DNA of 64,000 bases from Thermoanaerobaculia bacterium (GCA_963719225.1 CAVRAY010000001.1:2784001-2848000), one strand, 5' to 3'; counted from the stretch's first letter, positions 47,646-57,686 are shown. A program made the numbers and translations. Notes: a model not told the origin generated them from the sequence alone.

Positions 47646-48230
47646 TCAGTTCCCGGGTTCGAGAAGAGTTCGAAGCGACTTCCAGCGCTCGTCCGAAGGA
47701 GGCCGGCAGACGCACGGCGCGAGGTTCCGGTCGGCACCGCACATCGGACAGAGCCCGCGGCAGTCTTCCCGGCAGAGGACCTTCAGGGGAACCTCGAGCT
47801 GCACCTGCTCTTCGACGAGACCGTCGAAGGGCACGACGAGGTCGTCGTAGTACAGGACGTCGAGATCCTCCGGCGCGAGCTCGAGGCCCTCTTCGGACTC
47901 CGCGTCTCCCTTCGTGCGCTTCTCGGTCCGGTCCGCCTTCGAAGCGGGCTTGCCTTCGCGCGGCTTCTCGTGCGCCGGCGCGAAAACCCAGAACGCATCG
48001 CTCGCGCGCCGAAACGAGACGGGAGCGAGGCAGCGTGCGCAAGACGTGACCCCTTCGAAGGCGACTCGGCCGTTGAGCACGAAGCCGGGCCCCTGCCGCT
48101 CGAGACGTCCCGTGAACGTCACGGGCGAGAGCGACACGAGCTCGGGGCGCGCCAGGCTCCCGGCTGGAAAGTCGAACTGATGAGAAAGATCAACCGGCTG
48201 ATCGAAAGCCGCTTCGAGGTTCAGATCCAT
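47646..48230 (-). CDS. YceD/DUF177 family protein
   Basis: CARCL, LCREDCRGLCPMCG, DERW; upstream of rpmF. Confidence 0.9.
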   Translation of the reverse strand: MDLNLEAAFDQPVDLSHQFDFPAGSLARPELVSLSPVTFTGRLERQGPGFVLNGRVAFEGVTSCARCLAPVSFRRASDAFWVFAPAHEKPREGKPASKADRTEKRTKGDAESEEGLELAPEDLDVLYYDDLVVPFDGLVEEQVQLEVPLKVLCREDCRGLCPMCGADRNLAPCVCRPPSDERWKSLRTLLEPGN

Positions 48231-48283
48231 GGGAAAAGGCTCCTCCGTAACGGAGAGCAGCCGCGGAATATAACATGGAAAGC

Positions 48284-49369
48284 ATGCGCCTCGCCGTCGA
48301 TGCGCGCCCGCTCGAGGAGCGTCCGACTGGCGTCGGCCGCTATCTCGAGGGGCTGCTTTCCGCCTGGCTCGACCAGACGCCAGCGGATTCTTTCGTCCTG
48401 CTCTCGCCGCGGAGGGTCCACGTGCCGTCGCGCCTTTCCGGCCGGGTGGAGGTGACGAAGACACCCGCGCTCCCGGGGACGGTCTGGCTGCAGACCACCG
48501 CCGCGCGCGCCGCTCACCGGGCCCGCGCCGACGCCTTTTTCGGAAGTCTCGGCATCCTGCCTCTTCTCTCTTCGCTGCCGGGGGTCGCAACCGTTCATGA
48601 CCTCACGCCTCTTCTTTTTCCCGCGTGGCACTCGCGTAAGAATCGCCTTGGCTTCAACCCCTTCATCGGCGCGACCGTCCGGCACGCTCGCCGCATCGTG
48701 ACGGTTTCCGAGGCGACGCGGCGGGACCTCGTCGCCGCGTTTCCCGATGCCGAGCCGAAGACCGTTGTCGTGTACAACGGCATCGCACCCGAGACTCCCG
48801 CCGCCTTCGCCGCGGTCCCTCACGGCGGAAAGCCGTACGTCCTTTATGTGGGCACGCTCGAGCCGCGCAAGAACGTCTCGCGGCTCGTGGCGGCGATGGA
48901 GTCGATCTGGGATCGCCGACCGGATTTTCCCGAACTCGTCCTGGCGGGAGAAGACGGCTGGGGCATGAAAGAATTTGCCCAGACCGTTTCGGGCTCACGG
49001 CACGCGGCGCGCATCGCGCGCGTCGGCTATCTCGATTCGGGCGAAAGGGCGCGTTGGCTCGGAGGGGCGCGCGTCTTCGCGTATCCGAGTCTTTACGAAG
49101 GCTTCGGCCTCCCGCCCCTCGAAGCGATGGCGCAGGGGACACCGGTCGTGGGCTCCTCGTCTTCGTCGCTTCCGGAGGTGATGGGCGACGCCGGTCTCCT
49201 GCCGGATCCGACGAATATTCAAGACATCGCCTCGGCATTGGAAAGGGCGCAGGACGACCAGAAATTCCGTCGCCGCGCGGCTGCGGAGGGCCCGCGGCGC
49301 GCTCAGAGCTTCACGTGGGCGGCCGCGGCGGCCAAGACGCGCGCCCTGTTCGTGGAGGCGCTCTCTTGA
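48284..49369 (+). CDS. Glycosyltransferase family 4
   Basis: TGVGRY, TVHDL, GTLEPRKN, YEGFGLPPLEAMA. Confidence 0.92.
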   Translation: MRLAVDARPLEERPTGVGRYLEGLLSAWLDQTPADSFVLLSPRRVHVPSRLSGRVEVTKTPALPGTVWLQTTAARAAHRARADAFFGSLGILPLLSSLPGVATVHDLTPLLFPAWHSRKNRLGFNPFIGATVRHARRIVTVSEATRRDLVAAFPDAEPKTVVVYNGIAPETPAAFAAVPHGGKPYVLYVGTLEPRKNVSRLVAAMESIWDRRPDFPELVLAGEDGWGMKEFAQTVSGSRHAARIARVGYLDSGERARWLGGARVFAYPSLYEGFGLPPLEAMAQGTPVVGSSSSSLPEVMGDAGLLPDPTNIQDIASALERAQDDQKFRRRAAAEGPRRAQSFTWAAAAAKTRALFVEALS

Positions 49370-50418
49370 CGGAGCGAAAGAAGCTCATCCTCGTCGATGC
49401 TCGGAAGGCACGCGACTTCGGGATTGGAACGTACCTGCGGGGCCTCCTCTGCGGCCTCGCAAGCCTGGACCGCTTCGAACTCCGGGCGCTCGTTCTACCC
49501 GGCGACGGGGCGCTCCTTCCCGCGGGCGTCGGAACGACGCCCTGCGCGGCCGCGCATTATTCCTTCGGCGAGCTCGTGGCCGTCCGGCGGGCGATCTCGG
49601 CGGTGAAACCGGATCTCTTCCATGCCCCGCATTACGTCGTGCCCCTCTTCCCGCCACACGCCACGGTCGTCACGATCCACGACCTCATGCACCTCACCCG
49701 GCCCGAGCACGCGACGCCCGCGAAGCGCGCGTACGCGCGCTGGATGATCAGCCGCGCGCTGCGCCTTTCCGCCCGAGTCATCGCGGTGTCGGAGGCAACG
49801 AAGAAAGAAATTCTTGCTTTCGGACCCTCTCAAGGCCTCAAGGTCGAAGTGATTCCAAACGGCGTGGGAGAGAGATTTTTCTTAGAAGGTGAAGAGAAAG
49901 AATCTTCCTCTTATCTTCTCTTCCTCGGCAACGACAAGCCGCACAAGAATCTCGATGGTTTGCTCGCCGCCTGGCCGCGCGTGCGGGGTTCCTTTCCCAC
50001 GCTCACTCTTGTCCTCGCGGGCGTCGAGCCCGGGCGGTCGCTGCCCGAAGGCGCGAAGGCCATCGGCTTCGTGCCGGATGCGGACGTGCCTTCTCTTGTC
50101 GGCGGCGCCCGCGCGCTCGTCCTGCCCTCCTTCGCGGAAGGCTTCGGACTCCCGGTTCTCGAGGCGCAGGCGGCGGGCACGCCCGTCGCGTGCTCGGACC
50201 TCCCCGCTCTCCGCGAGGCCGCGGGCGACGCGGCGGTGTACTTCGATCCGCACGACGTCGATTCGATGATTAAGGGGATACAGAGAATTTTGAAAGAGGA
50301 AGAGCTTAGAAAGGGTTTGAGAAAGAGGGGACGGGCGCGGGCGAAGGAATACTCGTGGCGGCGCGCGGCGGAGCAAACCGCAGCTGTGTATGAAGATGTT
50401 CTTAGAAGGGTGACGTGA
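49366..50418 (+). CDS. Glycosyltransferase family 4
   Basis: GIGTY, TIHDL, KPHKN, EGFGLPVLEA; TTG start overlaps upstream stop. Confidence 0.9.
   Translation: MTERKKLILVDARKARDFGIGTYLRGLLCGLASLDRFELRALVLPGDGALLPAGVGTTPCAAAHYSFGELVAVRRAISAVKPDLFHAPHYVVPLFPPHATVVTIHDLMHLTRPEHATPAKRAYARWMISRALRLSARVIAVSEATKKEILAFGPSQGLKVEVIPNGVGERFFLEGEEKESSSYLLFLGNDKPHKNLDGLLAAWPRVRGSFPTLTLVLAGVEPGRSLPEGAKAIGFVPDADVPSLVGGARALVLPSFAEGFGLPVLEAQAAGTPVACSDLPALREAAGDAAVYFDPHDVDSMIKGIQRILKEEELRKGLRKRGRARAKEYSWRRAAEQTAAVYEDVLRRVT
49877..49918. repeat. Exact 17-bp motif copy with short degenerate inverted partner inside GT4
   Basis: TTTTCTTAGAAGGTGAA at 49877, then CTCTTATCTTCT. Confidence 0.7.
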
Positions 50419-51551
50419 GAGTCGCCCTCGTCCACGACTGGCTGACGGGCACGCGCGGCGGCGAGAAAGTCCTGCTCGAGCTCGTCCGGATGTTTCCGAA
50501 CGCGCCGGTCTTCACACTCTTTCATTTCCCGGGGTCGCAGCATCCCGAGATCGAGGCCGCGGAGATCCGGACGACGTTCCTCCAGAAGCTCGTCTCGCCA
50601 GAGGGGGGCTACCGCAAGCTCCTTCCTCTCTTCTTCGTGGCCGCCGAAACCTGGGACCTCTCCGGCTTCGACCTCGTCATCTCGTCGTCCCACTGTGTCG
50701 CCAAGAACGCGAGGCGGGCGCCGGGCGCTTTTCACCTGTGCTACTGCCACACGCCCGTGCGCTATCTGCACGATCAGTTCGACGAGTATTTCCGCAACCG
50801 CCCCGCGGCGGTCCGGGCGGCAGCGCGTCTCGCCCGGGCTCCGCTTCGTGCCTGGGACCGGGCCACGGTGCCCCGCGTAGACGCGTTTCTCGCGAACTCG
50901 GAAAACGTCAAGGCCCGCATCGCCCGACTCTGGGGACGTGAATCGGCGGTCGTCTTTCCGCCAGTGGACGTGGATTTCTACACGCCGCCGCCCTCCGGAG
51001 CGAGCCGGAACGGCTTCCTCGTCGTGTCGGCTCTCGCCCCGTACAAGCGCCTCGACGACGCGATCGACGCCGCGAACGCCCGTCGGCTTCCGCTCACGAT
51101 CGCGGGCTTCGGGCCGGAGCGCGCCCGCCTCGCGGAGCGGGCCGGTGAGACGATCCGCTTCCTCGACACTCCCAACGACGAGATGTTGCGCGACCTGTAC
51201 CGCGCCTCGGAAGCCGTGCTGATGCCGGGCGAGGAGGATTTCGGCATCGTGCCTCTGGAGGCGCAGGCCTGTGGGACGCCGGTCGTCGCGCTCGGGCTCG
51301 GAGGAGCCACCGAGACGGTGCTGGACGGCAAGACGGGCGTCCTCTACGCCGAACCGGGCGCCGCGGGCCTTCTCGCGGCGCTCGACCGCCTCGGCGGAAT
51401 GGCGCTCGACTCCGCGGCTCTCTCCCGAAATGCCGCCCGATTCTCGCGATACGTATTTCGGGCCCGCTTCCGGGCGACCTTCGAGACGGCGCACGCCGCG
51501 CCCGCCGGATCCCCCGGGGACGCTAGAATCGGCGGTCCGGAGTCCGTGTGA
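50415..51551 (+). CDS. Glycosyltransferase family 4
   Basis: VALVHDWL..RGGEKV, YCHTP, EDFGIVPLEAQACG. Confidence 0.92.
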   Translation: MRVALVHDWLTGTRGGEKVLLELVRMFPNAPVFTLFHFPGSQHPEIEAAEIRTTFLQKLVSPEGGYRKLLPLFFVAAETWDLSGFDLVISSSHCVAKNARRAPGAFHLCYCHTPVRYLHDQFDEYFRNRPAAVRAAARLARAPLRAWDRATVPRVDAFLANSENVKARIARLWGRESAVVFPPVDVDFYTPPPSGASRNGFLVVSALAPYKRLDDAIDAANARRLPLTIAGFGPERARLAERAGETIRFLDTPNDEMLRDLYRASEAVLMPGEEDFGIVPLEAQACGTPVVALGLGGATETVLDGKTGVLYAEPGAAGLLAALDRLGGMALDSAALSRNAARFSRYVFRARFRATFETAHAAPAGSPGDARIGGPESV

Positions 51552-52948
51552 TCCGCCGTCAAACCCGCCGCCTTCAGGCCCTGTTCGTGGCCGCCGACGT
51601 CCTCGCGACCGTGCTCGCGCTGGGCGCGGCCTGGCTCATCCGCTTCGAGTCGGTATGGCCCACGCCCAAAGGCGGGCAGCCGTTCGAGAACTACGCGGCG
51701 TTCATTCCGATTCTCTTCGTCATCTGGCCGGTCGTCTTCTACTTCCACCGGCTGTATCAGATCCGGCGTGACCGATCGACGATCGACGAAGTGCTCGCGG
51801 TGATCGTGGCGGCCTCTCTCGGAACGATCCTCCTCGTGGGCATCCTCTCTTTCTGGCGCGGGTTCACGTATACGAGCCGGCAGCTCCTGGTCCTGTTCCT
51901 CTTCCTCGACGTCTTCTTCGTCTCGCTCGTGCGCTTCGGAATCCGCAAGTACCTCGAGACCATGTGGTCCACGGGCACCGGCGTGCGCCGGACGCTCATC
52001 GTCGGCGCGGGGCATGCGGGCCGCGCGCTGGCCGACAAGCTGCTCGACCACCCGGCGACCGGCCTGAAGCCCGTGGGATTCGCCGACGACGACCCGCTCA
52101 AGAGGGTCGAGAACTATCGCGGCCTCTCGGTCCTGGGCACGACCTCGGAAGTCACGGCGCTCATCCAGGAGCACGAGGTCGATACGGTGTTCCTGGCGCT
52201 GCCCGTCGAGGCGTATCGCACGATGCTCACGATCCTCAAGGAGGTCGGCAACCAGATCGTCGACCTCAAGGTCGTGCCGGACCTTTTCCAGTACGTCACG
52301 TTCAAGGCCGGCATCGAGGATTTCGACGGGCTGCCCGTCATCAACCTGACGCAGATGCCGCTCGAGGGCTGGAACTCGCTCGTGAAGCGCACGATGGACG
52401 TCGCGCTCTCGGCGCTCGGCCTCGTCGCGCTCGCCGTTCTCTTCCCCATCCTCGCGCTCGCCATCTGGCTCGAGGACCGCGGACCGATCTTCTACGCACA
52501 GGAGCGCATGGGCCTCGACGGGCGGCTTTTCCGCATGCTGAAGTTCCGCTCGATGCGCGTCGACGCCGAGGACGACGGAGCCCGTTGGGCCGAGGAGAAC
52601 GATCCACGCCGCACGCGCGTGGGCTCGTTCCTGCGCCAGACCTCGCTCGACGAGCTGCCGCAGCTCATCAACGTGTTCAAGGGCGAGATGTCGCTCGTGG
52701 GTCCGCGTCCGGAACGCCCGGAGTTCGTCAGCACGTTCAAGGAGAAGCTCCCGCAGTACATGCTGCGCCACCGCGTGCGCGCGGGGATCACGGGCTGGGC
52801 GCAGGTCCACGGCTGGCGCGGGAACACCAGCCTCTCCAAGCGCATCGAGTACGACCTGTACTACATCGAGAACTGGTCGGTCGGCCTGGACGTGAAGATC
52901 CTGTGGCTCACGGTCAAGTGGGGCTTCACCCACAAGAACGCGTACTGA
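51548..52948 (+). CDS. Undecaprenyl-phosphate glucose phosphotransferase (WcaJ-like)
   Basis: N-terminal TMs; [34 protein letters not shown]. Confidence 0.92.
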   Translation: MIRRQTRRLQALFVAADVLATVLALGAAWLIRFESVWPTPKGGQPFENYAAFIPILFVIWPVVFYFHRLYQIRRDRSTIDEVLAVIVAASLGTILLVGILSFWRGFTYTSRQLLVLFLFLDVFFVSLVRFGIRKYLETMWSTGTGVRRTLIVGAGHAGRALADKLLDHPATGLKPVGFADDDPLKRVENYRGLSVLGTTSEVTALIQEHEVDTVFLALPVEAYRTMLTILKEVGNQIVDLKVVPDLFQYVTFKAGIEDFDGLPVINLTQMPLEGWNSLVKRTMDVALSALGLVALAVLFPILALAIWLEDRGPIFYAQERMGLDGRLFRMLKFRSMRVDAEDDGARWAEENDPRRTRVGSFLRQTSLDELPQLINVFKGEMSLVGPRPERPEFVSTFKEKLPQYMLRHRVRAGITGWAQVHGWRGNTSLSKRIEYDLYYIENWSVGLDVKILWLTVKWGFTHKNAY

Positions 52949-52991
52949 GCCTGCCGGTCGAACCGGCGTTTCTCGATCAGTGAAGGGGGAA

Positions 52992-53019
52992 CGGGGGAAA
53001 CACGACCGTGTTTCCCCCG
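52992..53019. terminator. Perfect hairpin between convergent genes
   Basis: CGGGGGAAACACG-AC-CGTGTTTCCCCCG; no clear U-tract. Confidence 0.5.
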
Positions 53020-53074
53020 AACATGACAGCTTCTAGCGCGCCCGTTTCTTGGTGCGTGCGAAGCACGCGGCGCG

Positions 53075-56041
53075 CTAGATCACGAGCGCGCGTCCCGCCT
53101 TGAGCCGCATCGCGGCGCCTTCGAGGAGCTCGGCGTGCTCGCGCTCCTCCGCTTCCAGCTCGCGGTAGAGGCGCCACTCGGGCGAGGCCTCGGAGAACGC
53201 GCGGCCGGTCTCGAGGAAGAACCGGCCCGCCCGCTTCTCGAGATGGACGGCGAGGCGCAGCAGCGCGACGCCGTCCGCGTCTTTCGAGGTCTCGACGCCC
53301 GAGAAGACGGCGAGCTGCGTGGAAGACGGCCCCTTGCCCGAAAGGTCCGGGGCCTCGAGGTGATAGCGCCGCGCGAGCGTCTCCATGTGCTCGCGCTCCA
53401 TGGAGGAAAGCCGATTGAAGAGCTCGATGACCTCGGGGTCGGCTCCGGCGCGCGCCATCTCCTCCGCTCCACGGGCATAGAAGAGGACGCCGCCGATCTC
53501 GATCTCGTACGCGCGCCGCACGGCCTCGGCGAGAGCGCCTTCGGGAGTCGCGAGCTCCTCGCGGGGCGCAAACGCGCCGCCGCAGATCGGGCACAGGCCG
53601 TACGGGAAAGCGAATCCCTCGGAGACCTTCCCGCAGGACGTGCACTCGAAGGACAGCCGCTCGCCCGCGCAGCACACGTAGTCTTCGCCCGGCTCGATCG
53701 GCCGACGGCACTTCTTGCACACGGACTCAGTGGGTGCAGCCACGGCAGGGATCTTCGAATCCGCGCGGACCTCGGGAGGCCAGACGCGATTCTTCAGGTA
53801 CGACGTGATCGCGCGGGCCGCTCTCCGGCCGGCGCCGAGCGCGAGGATCACTGTGGCGGCGCCGGTCACGATGTCACCGCCCGCGAAGACGCCCGGGAGG
53901 TTCGCCGCCTGCGTCGTCTCGTCGACGTTGATGTAGCCCTCGCCGCGTATGTCGAGCCCCGGCGTGGACCGTGCGATGACCGGATTCGCGCGTGTGCCGA
54001 GCGCGTAGATGACGGTGTCGCACTCGAACGTCTCCATCTCGCCGGGGATGGGGACCGGACGCCGGCGGCCGGAGGCGTCCGGCGGGCCCAGCTCCATCTT
54101 CTGGCAGACGAGAGCCTTCACGCCGCCCTTGTCGTCCGTGACGATCTCGGTAGGGCCGCGCAGCCAGTGGAACGTGATGCCCTCTTCCTCGGCGTGGCGG
54201 AGCTCCTCGATGCGGGCGGGAGCCTCCGCCTTCGTACGGCGGTAGACGCACCGGACGAGCTCGGCGCCGAGGCGCTTGGAGACGCGCAGGCAGTCCATCG
54301 CCGTGTTCCCCGCGCCGATGACGACGATGCGCTGGCCGAGCGTGACGGGAGTGTCCTGGTAGGGGAAGTTGTCGCCTCCCATGAGGTTCACGCGGGTGAG
54401 GAACTCGTTCGCGCTGTAGACCTGTCCCGCGAACTCGCCCGGGATGCCGAGAAAAGACGGAGCGCCCGCCCCGGTCCCCACGAAGACGGCGTCGAAGCCC
54501 TGCTCGGAGAGCAGCTGCGGAATCGTGAAGGTCTTGCCGATGACCTTGTTCGTCTCGAAGCGGACGCCCATGTCCTCGAGCTGCTTCACCTCGCGGTCGA
54601 TGATGTTGCGCGGCAGACGGAAGGACGGGATCCCGTAGCGCAGGACCCCGCCGATGATGTGCAGCGCCTCGAAGATCGTGACCTCGGCGCCGTCGCGCGC
54701 GAGGTCGCCCGCGCAGGCGAGGCCGGCGGGGCCAGATCCCACGACCGCGACCTTGCCGATCGGGGCCGGGCGCGGGGGCGGTGCGGTGACGGGCGCGTGG
54801 TCACCCACGAAGCGCTCGAGCCGGCCGATCGCGACCGGCTCCATCTTCTTGATGAGGATGCACTGCGCCTCGCACTGGCTTTCCTGCGGGCAGACGCGGC
54901 CGCAGACGGACGGGAAGTGGTTGTTCTCGCGGATGACAGCCGCGGCGCCCGCGATATCGCGGACGAGAAGGTGTCGGATGAAGCGCGGAATGTCGATGGC
55001 GACCGGGCAGCCCTGCACGCAGGACGGCCTCAGGCACTGGATGCAGCGCTCGGCTTCCGTCAGCGCGTCGGCCATCGTGTAGCCGAGGTTGACCTCGAGG
55101 AAGTTGTGCGCGCGCTCCTCGGCGTTCCGCTCGGCCATCTTGGTGGCGTGCGGCGCGACGTCCTTGAGCTTCTTGTAGTTGCGTTTCTCCTCCTCGAAGA
55201 GCGTCTTCTCGAGGTTGCACGTGTGCGCGAAGTCCTCGTTCGCGCGCGTTTCCTGGGACTTGAAGCGCTGCTGGCGCAGCATGAGCTCCTGAAAGTCGAT
55301 CTTGTGCGCGTCGAAGTCGGGCCCCTCGACGCAGGCGAACTTGATCTCGCCGTCGACCGAGACGCGGCACGAGCCGCACATCCCGGTACCGTCCACCATG
55401 ATCGCGTTCAGGCTCACGGCCGTCGGCACGCCGCGCGGGCGCGTGACCTCGGTGCAGGCGCGCATCATCGGGAGCGGGCCGATCGCCACCACTTCGTCGA
55501 CTTTCTCCTTCGACAGGACGTCCTCGAGCGCGGCCGTGACGAATCCCGGCCGCCCGTACGAGCCGTCGTCGGTGCAGACGATCAGGTCGTCGCAGTACTT
55601 CGCGAACCGGTCTTCCCAGAAGACGAGGTCCTTCGAGCGGAAGCCGATGATCCCCGTGACGCGGTTGCCCGCCTCCTTGAAGGCGCGCAGCTGGGGAAAG
55701 ACCGGCGCGACGCCGAGGCCGCCGCCGACGAGGACGACGTGCCCGACCTTCTTCACGTGGCTCGGCATTCCGAGCGGCCCCACGAAGTCGAGGAACGTGT
55801 CGCCTTCCTGGTACGCGGCCATCATCTCCCGCGTCGTCTTGCCGATCGCCTGGATGACGATCGTCACGGTGCCCCAATCGCGGTCGTAGTCGGCCACCGT
55901 CAGAGGGATGCGCTCACCACCGTCGCGCAGCCGCAGCATGACGAAATGGCCCGGTTGGGCGGCGCGGGCCACGTCGGGCGCGAAAACGTCCCAGAGGAAC
56001 GTCGATTCCGAGAACTGGTGGCGGCGGACGATCTGGTACAT
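53075..56041 (-). CDS. Fused NfnA-NfnB (SudB/SudA-like) oxidoreductase with C-terminal Cys-rich and rubrerythrin-like domains
   Basis: ERIPLT, GGGLG, MVDGTGMCGSC..CVEGP (NfnA); EAERCIQC, CGRVCPQE, GSGPAG, GAGNTAMD (NfnB); CxxC cluster; two EREH motifs. Confidence 0.88.
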   Translation of the reverse strand: MYQIVRRHQFSESTFLWDVFAPDVARAAQPGHFVMLRLRDGGERIPLTVADYDRDWGTVTIVIQAIGKTTREMMAAYQEGDTFLDFVGPLGMPSHVKKVGHVVLVGGGLGVAPVFPQLRAFKEAGNRVTGIIGFRSKDLVFWEDRFAKYCDDLIVCTDDGSYGRPGFVTAALEDVLSKEKVDEVVAIGPLPMMRACTEVTRPRGVPTAVSLNAIMVDGTGMCGSCRVSVDGEIKFACVEGPDFDAHKIDFQELMLRQQRFKSQETRANEDFAHTCNLEKTLFEEEKRNYKKLKDVAPHATKMAERNAEERAHNFLEVNLGYTMADALTEAERCIQCLRPSCVQGCPVAIDIPRFIRHLLVRDIAGAAAVIRENNHFPSVCGRVCPQESQCEAQCILIKKMEPVAIGRLERFVGDHAPVTAPPPRPAPIGKVAVVGSGPAGLACAGDLARDGAEVTIFEALHIIGGVLRYGIPSFRLPRNIIDREVKQLEDMGVRFETNKVIGKTFTIPQLLSEQGFDAVFVGTGAGAPSFLGIPGEFAGQVYSANEFLTRVNLMGGDNFPYQDTPVTLGQRIVVIGAGNTAMDCLRVSKRLGAELVRCVYRRTKAEAPARIEELRHAEEEGITFHWLRGPTEIVTDDKGGVKALVCQKMELGPPDASGRRRPVPIPGEMETFECDTVIYALGTRANPVIARSTPGLDIRGEGYINVDETTQAANLPGVFAGGDIVTGAATVILALGAGRRAARAITSYLKNRVWPPEVRADSKIPAVAAPTESVCKKCRRPIEPGEDYVCCAGERLSFECTSCGKVSEGFAFPYGLCPICGGAFAPREELATPEGALAEAVRRAYEIEIGGVLFYARGAEEMARAGADPEVIELFNRLSSMEREHMETLARRYHLEAPDLSGKGPSSTQLAVFSGVETSKDADGVALLRLAVHLEKRAGRFFLETGRAFSEASPEWRLYRELEAEEREHAELLEGAAMRLKAGRALVI

Positions 56042-56090
56042 GACCCGGATTCTCCGGGTCAGGGGGGACAGCCGCTATGGTGCAAACCCA

Positions 56091-57686
56091 TCAGGCTGCG
56101 CGCGCCGCCCGCAGGACCCGGGGCACGATGATCAACGCAGCGCCATACACGACGAACGTCGCCACCAGCGTGCTCGGGCGCCCGTGCGGGAGATCGTCGA
56201 TGAGCAGCTTGAGACCGGCAATCGCGAGCACCGGGTAGGTGAGGCGAGCGAGGGGGGCGAGCGTCGGGAGGCGCCTGAGCGAGGCGAGCAGCACGGACGC
56301 CGCGGCCAGGACGGCGCCACGTACCGCGGCGACCCGGCCGGCGTCGCCGTCGGGCGCGACGACGGCCGCCAGACCCAGCACGGCGAGCGCGCCGGCGCCC
56401 GCGATCGAGACGCATGCGAGACCGAACATCGCTCCGCGCGCAGGTCCACCGGTGCCCGAGCGGACGCGGGCCGCAAGGAGCGCCGCCGACGCGGCCGAGA
56501 GGGCGAGGACGACGAGAGAGTCTCTGTGTGGCGAGGCGCCAGCGTAGGGAGAGCCGAGGAAGGCGCGCCCGGCGAAACCGGCCAGGCCGGATGCGGCCGA
56601 TGCCACGAGGAGCAGGACCGCTCCATAGGCGGGAGCCATCGAGCCCGCGATCCGTGCCGGCGCGACGGCCGCCGCGAATCCGGCAACGCCCCAGACGAGC
56701 GAGGCGGGAACGTCCGCCAGGGGGGTCAGCCGCGAGACGGCGAAGACGGCGAGAAGAAGAGCCGCCCCGAGCTGGAGCGCCTCGAAGACGTCGGAATCCC
56801 CGGCGCGCCGCCGGATTCGCCGGACCGTCCCCACGAGGGAAACGGCGAAGAGCGAAAGCGCGAGCGCGAGAACGGCGTTCCGGGAGAGGCCCGCGTACGC
56901 CTCGGGCAGTCCCCCGGAACGTCCGGCGATCCAGACGGCTTCGAGCACGACGAGATCCGCGACGGCGGCCGGAACCCATGGAAGGCCGGCCCAACTTCTG
57001 CGGATCGAGGCCGCCCGCGCCCCCGCCACGAGGGCGACGAGAAGAGCGCCGAAGGTTACGAGAGCATGCGTCGTCACGAGGAGCAACGACGCGGTCGGGA
57101 CGACCGAAAGGACGGCGCCCCAGGCGAGAGCCGGTAGGTTGCGGTGGACGGACGCGCCGAGCGCGGCAGCGCCGACCGTGAAGAGCACGGCGGCCGCGGC
57201 CCTCGGACCGAACACGCCGAAACGGGTCGAGGCCTCCCAGACGAGGGGGCATGCAATGGCGAGCGCCGTGATACCCCACGCGGCTGCGGCCGCGTCGGAG
57301 CCCTTCCTCCCGGCCCGGTCCGCGAGGACGAGCCAGGTCAAGGCGTAGGCAAGGCCCAGCGTCACGCCCGCGCCGCGCGGAAACGCGCCCGAGTCGGTCA
57401 AGGCGCGAATGAGGAATGCCCCGGCGAGGACGAAAAGGCAGCGGCCCAAGAGGGCGACGATCGAGGGGGATGAGAGACCGGGAGATTTCTCAGAAAGCGC
57501 GCCAGGGAGCGTTGCGTCTCGCGCCGCCGTTTCCGCGTCTGCTGCGGCGGTGCGGCCGGCCTTATTACCTTCTAAGAAAGGGTGCTCTTCGGCTTTCTCG
57601 AGTGCCGCGACGCGCATCTCCACCGACCGGAGAGACCGGGCCAGGTCGGCGACCTGCTTCTCGAGATCGGAAACGAGGTCGTCCAT
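56091..57686 (-). CDS. Polytopic membrane protein (DUF2339-like)
   Basis: N-terminal coiled coil then many TMs; C-terminal GLKLLIDD...TFVVYGAALI. Confidence 0.7.
   Translation of the reverse strand: MDDLVSDLEKQVADLARSLRSVEMRVAALEKAEEHPFLEGNKAGRTAAADAETAARDATLPGALSEKSPGLSSPSIVALLGRCLFVLAGAFLIRALTDSGAFPRGAGVTLGLAYALTWLVLADRAGRKGSDAAAAAWGITALAIACPLVWEASTRFGVFGPRAAAAVLFTVGAAALGASVHRNLPALAWGAVLSVVPTASLLLVTTHALVTFGALLVALVAGARAASIRRSWAGLPWVPAAVADLVVLEAVWIAGRSGGLPEAYAGLSRNAVLALALSLFAVSLVGTVRRIRRRAGDSDVFEALQLGAALLLAVFAVSRLTPLADVPASLVWGVAGFAAAVAPARIAGSMAPAYGAVLLLVASAASGLAGFAGRAFLGSPYAGASPHRDSLVVLALSAASAALLAARVRSGTGGPARGAMFGLACVSIAGAGALAVLGLAAVVAPDGDAGRVAAVRGAVLAAASVLLASLRRLPTLAPLARLTYPVLAIAGLKLLIDDLPHGRPSTLVATFVVYGAALIIVPRVLRAARAA
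57486..57579. repeat. Intragenic palindromic element
   Basis: TTTCTCAGAAAG...TTACCTTCTAAGAAA. Confidence 0.65.

Noticed and set aside
53075-56041. Glutamate synthase (gltD) annotation
   Set aside because: No gltB nearby and an NfnA domain is fused, so Nfn/Sud fits better
28947-57576. bldA-like control by rare TTA codons
   Set aside because: The TTA codons arise from the repeat motif, which is read in other frames elsewhere
14161-57579. CRISPR or integron attC interpretation of the repeat family
   Set aside because: Copies are dispersed kilobases apart and mostly intragenic; no regular spacers, cas genes, integrase or GTTRRRY ends
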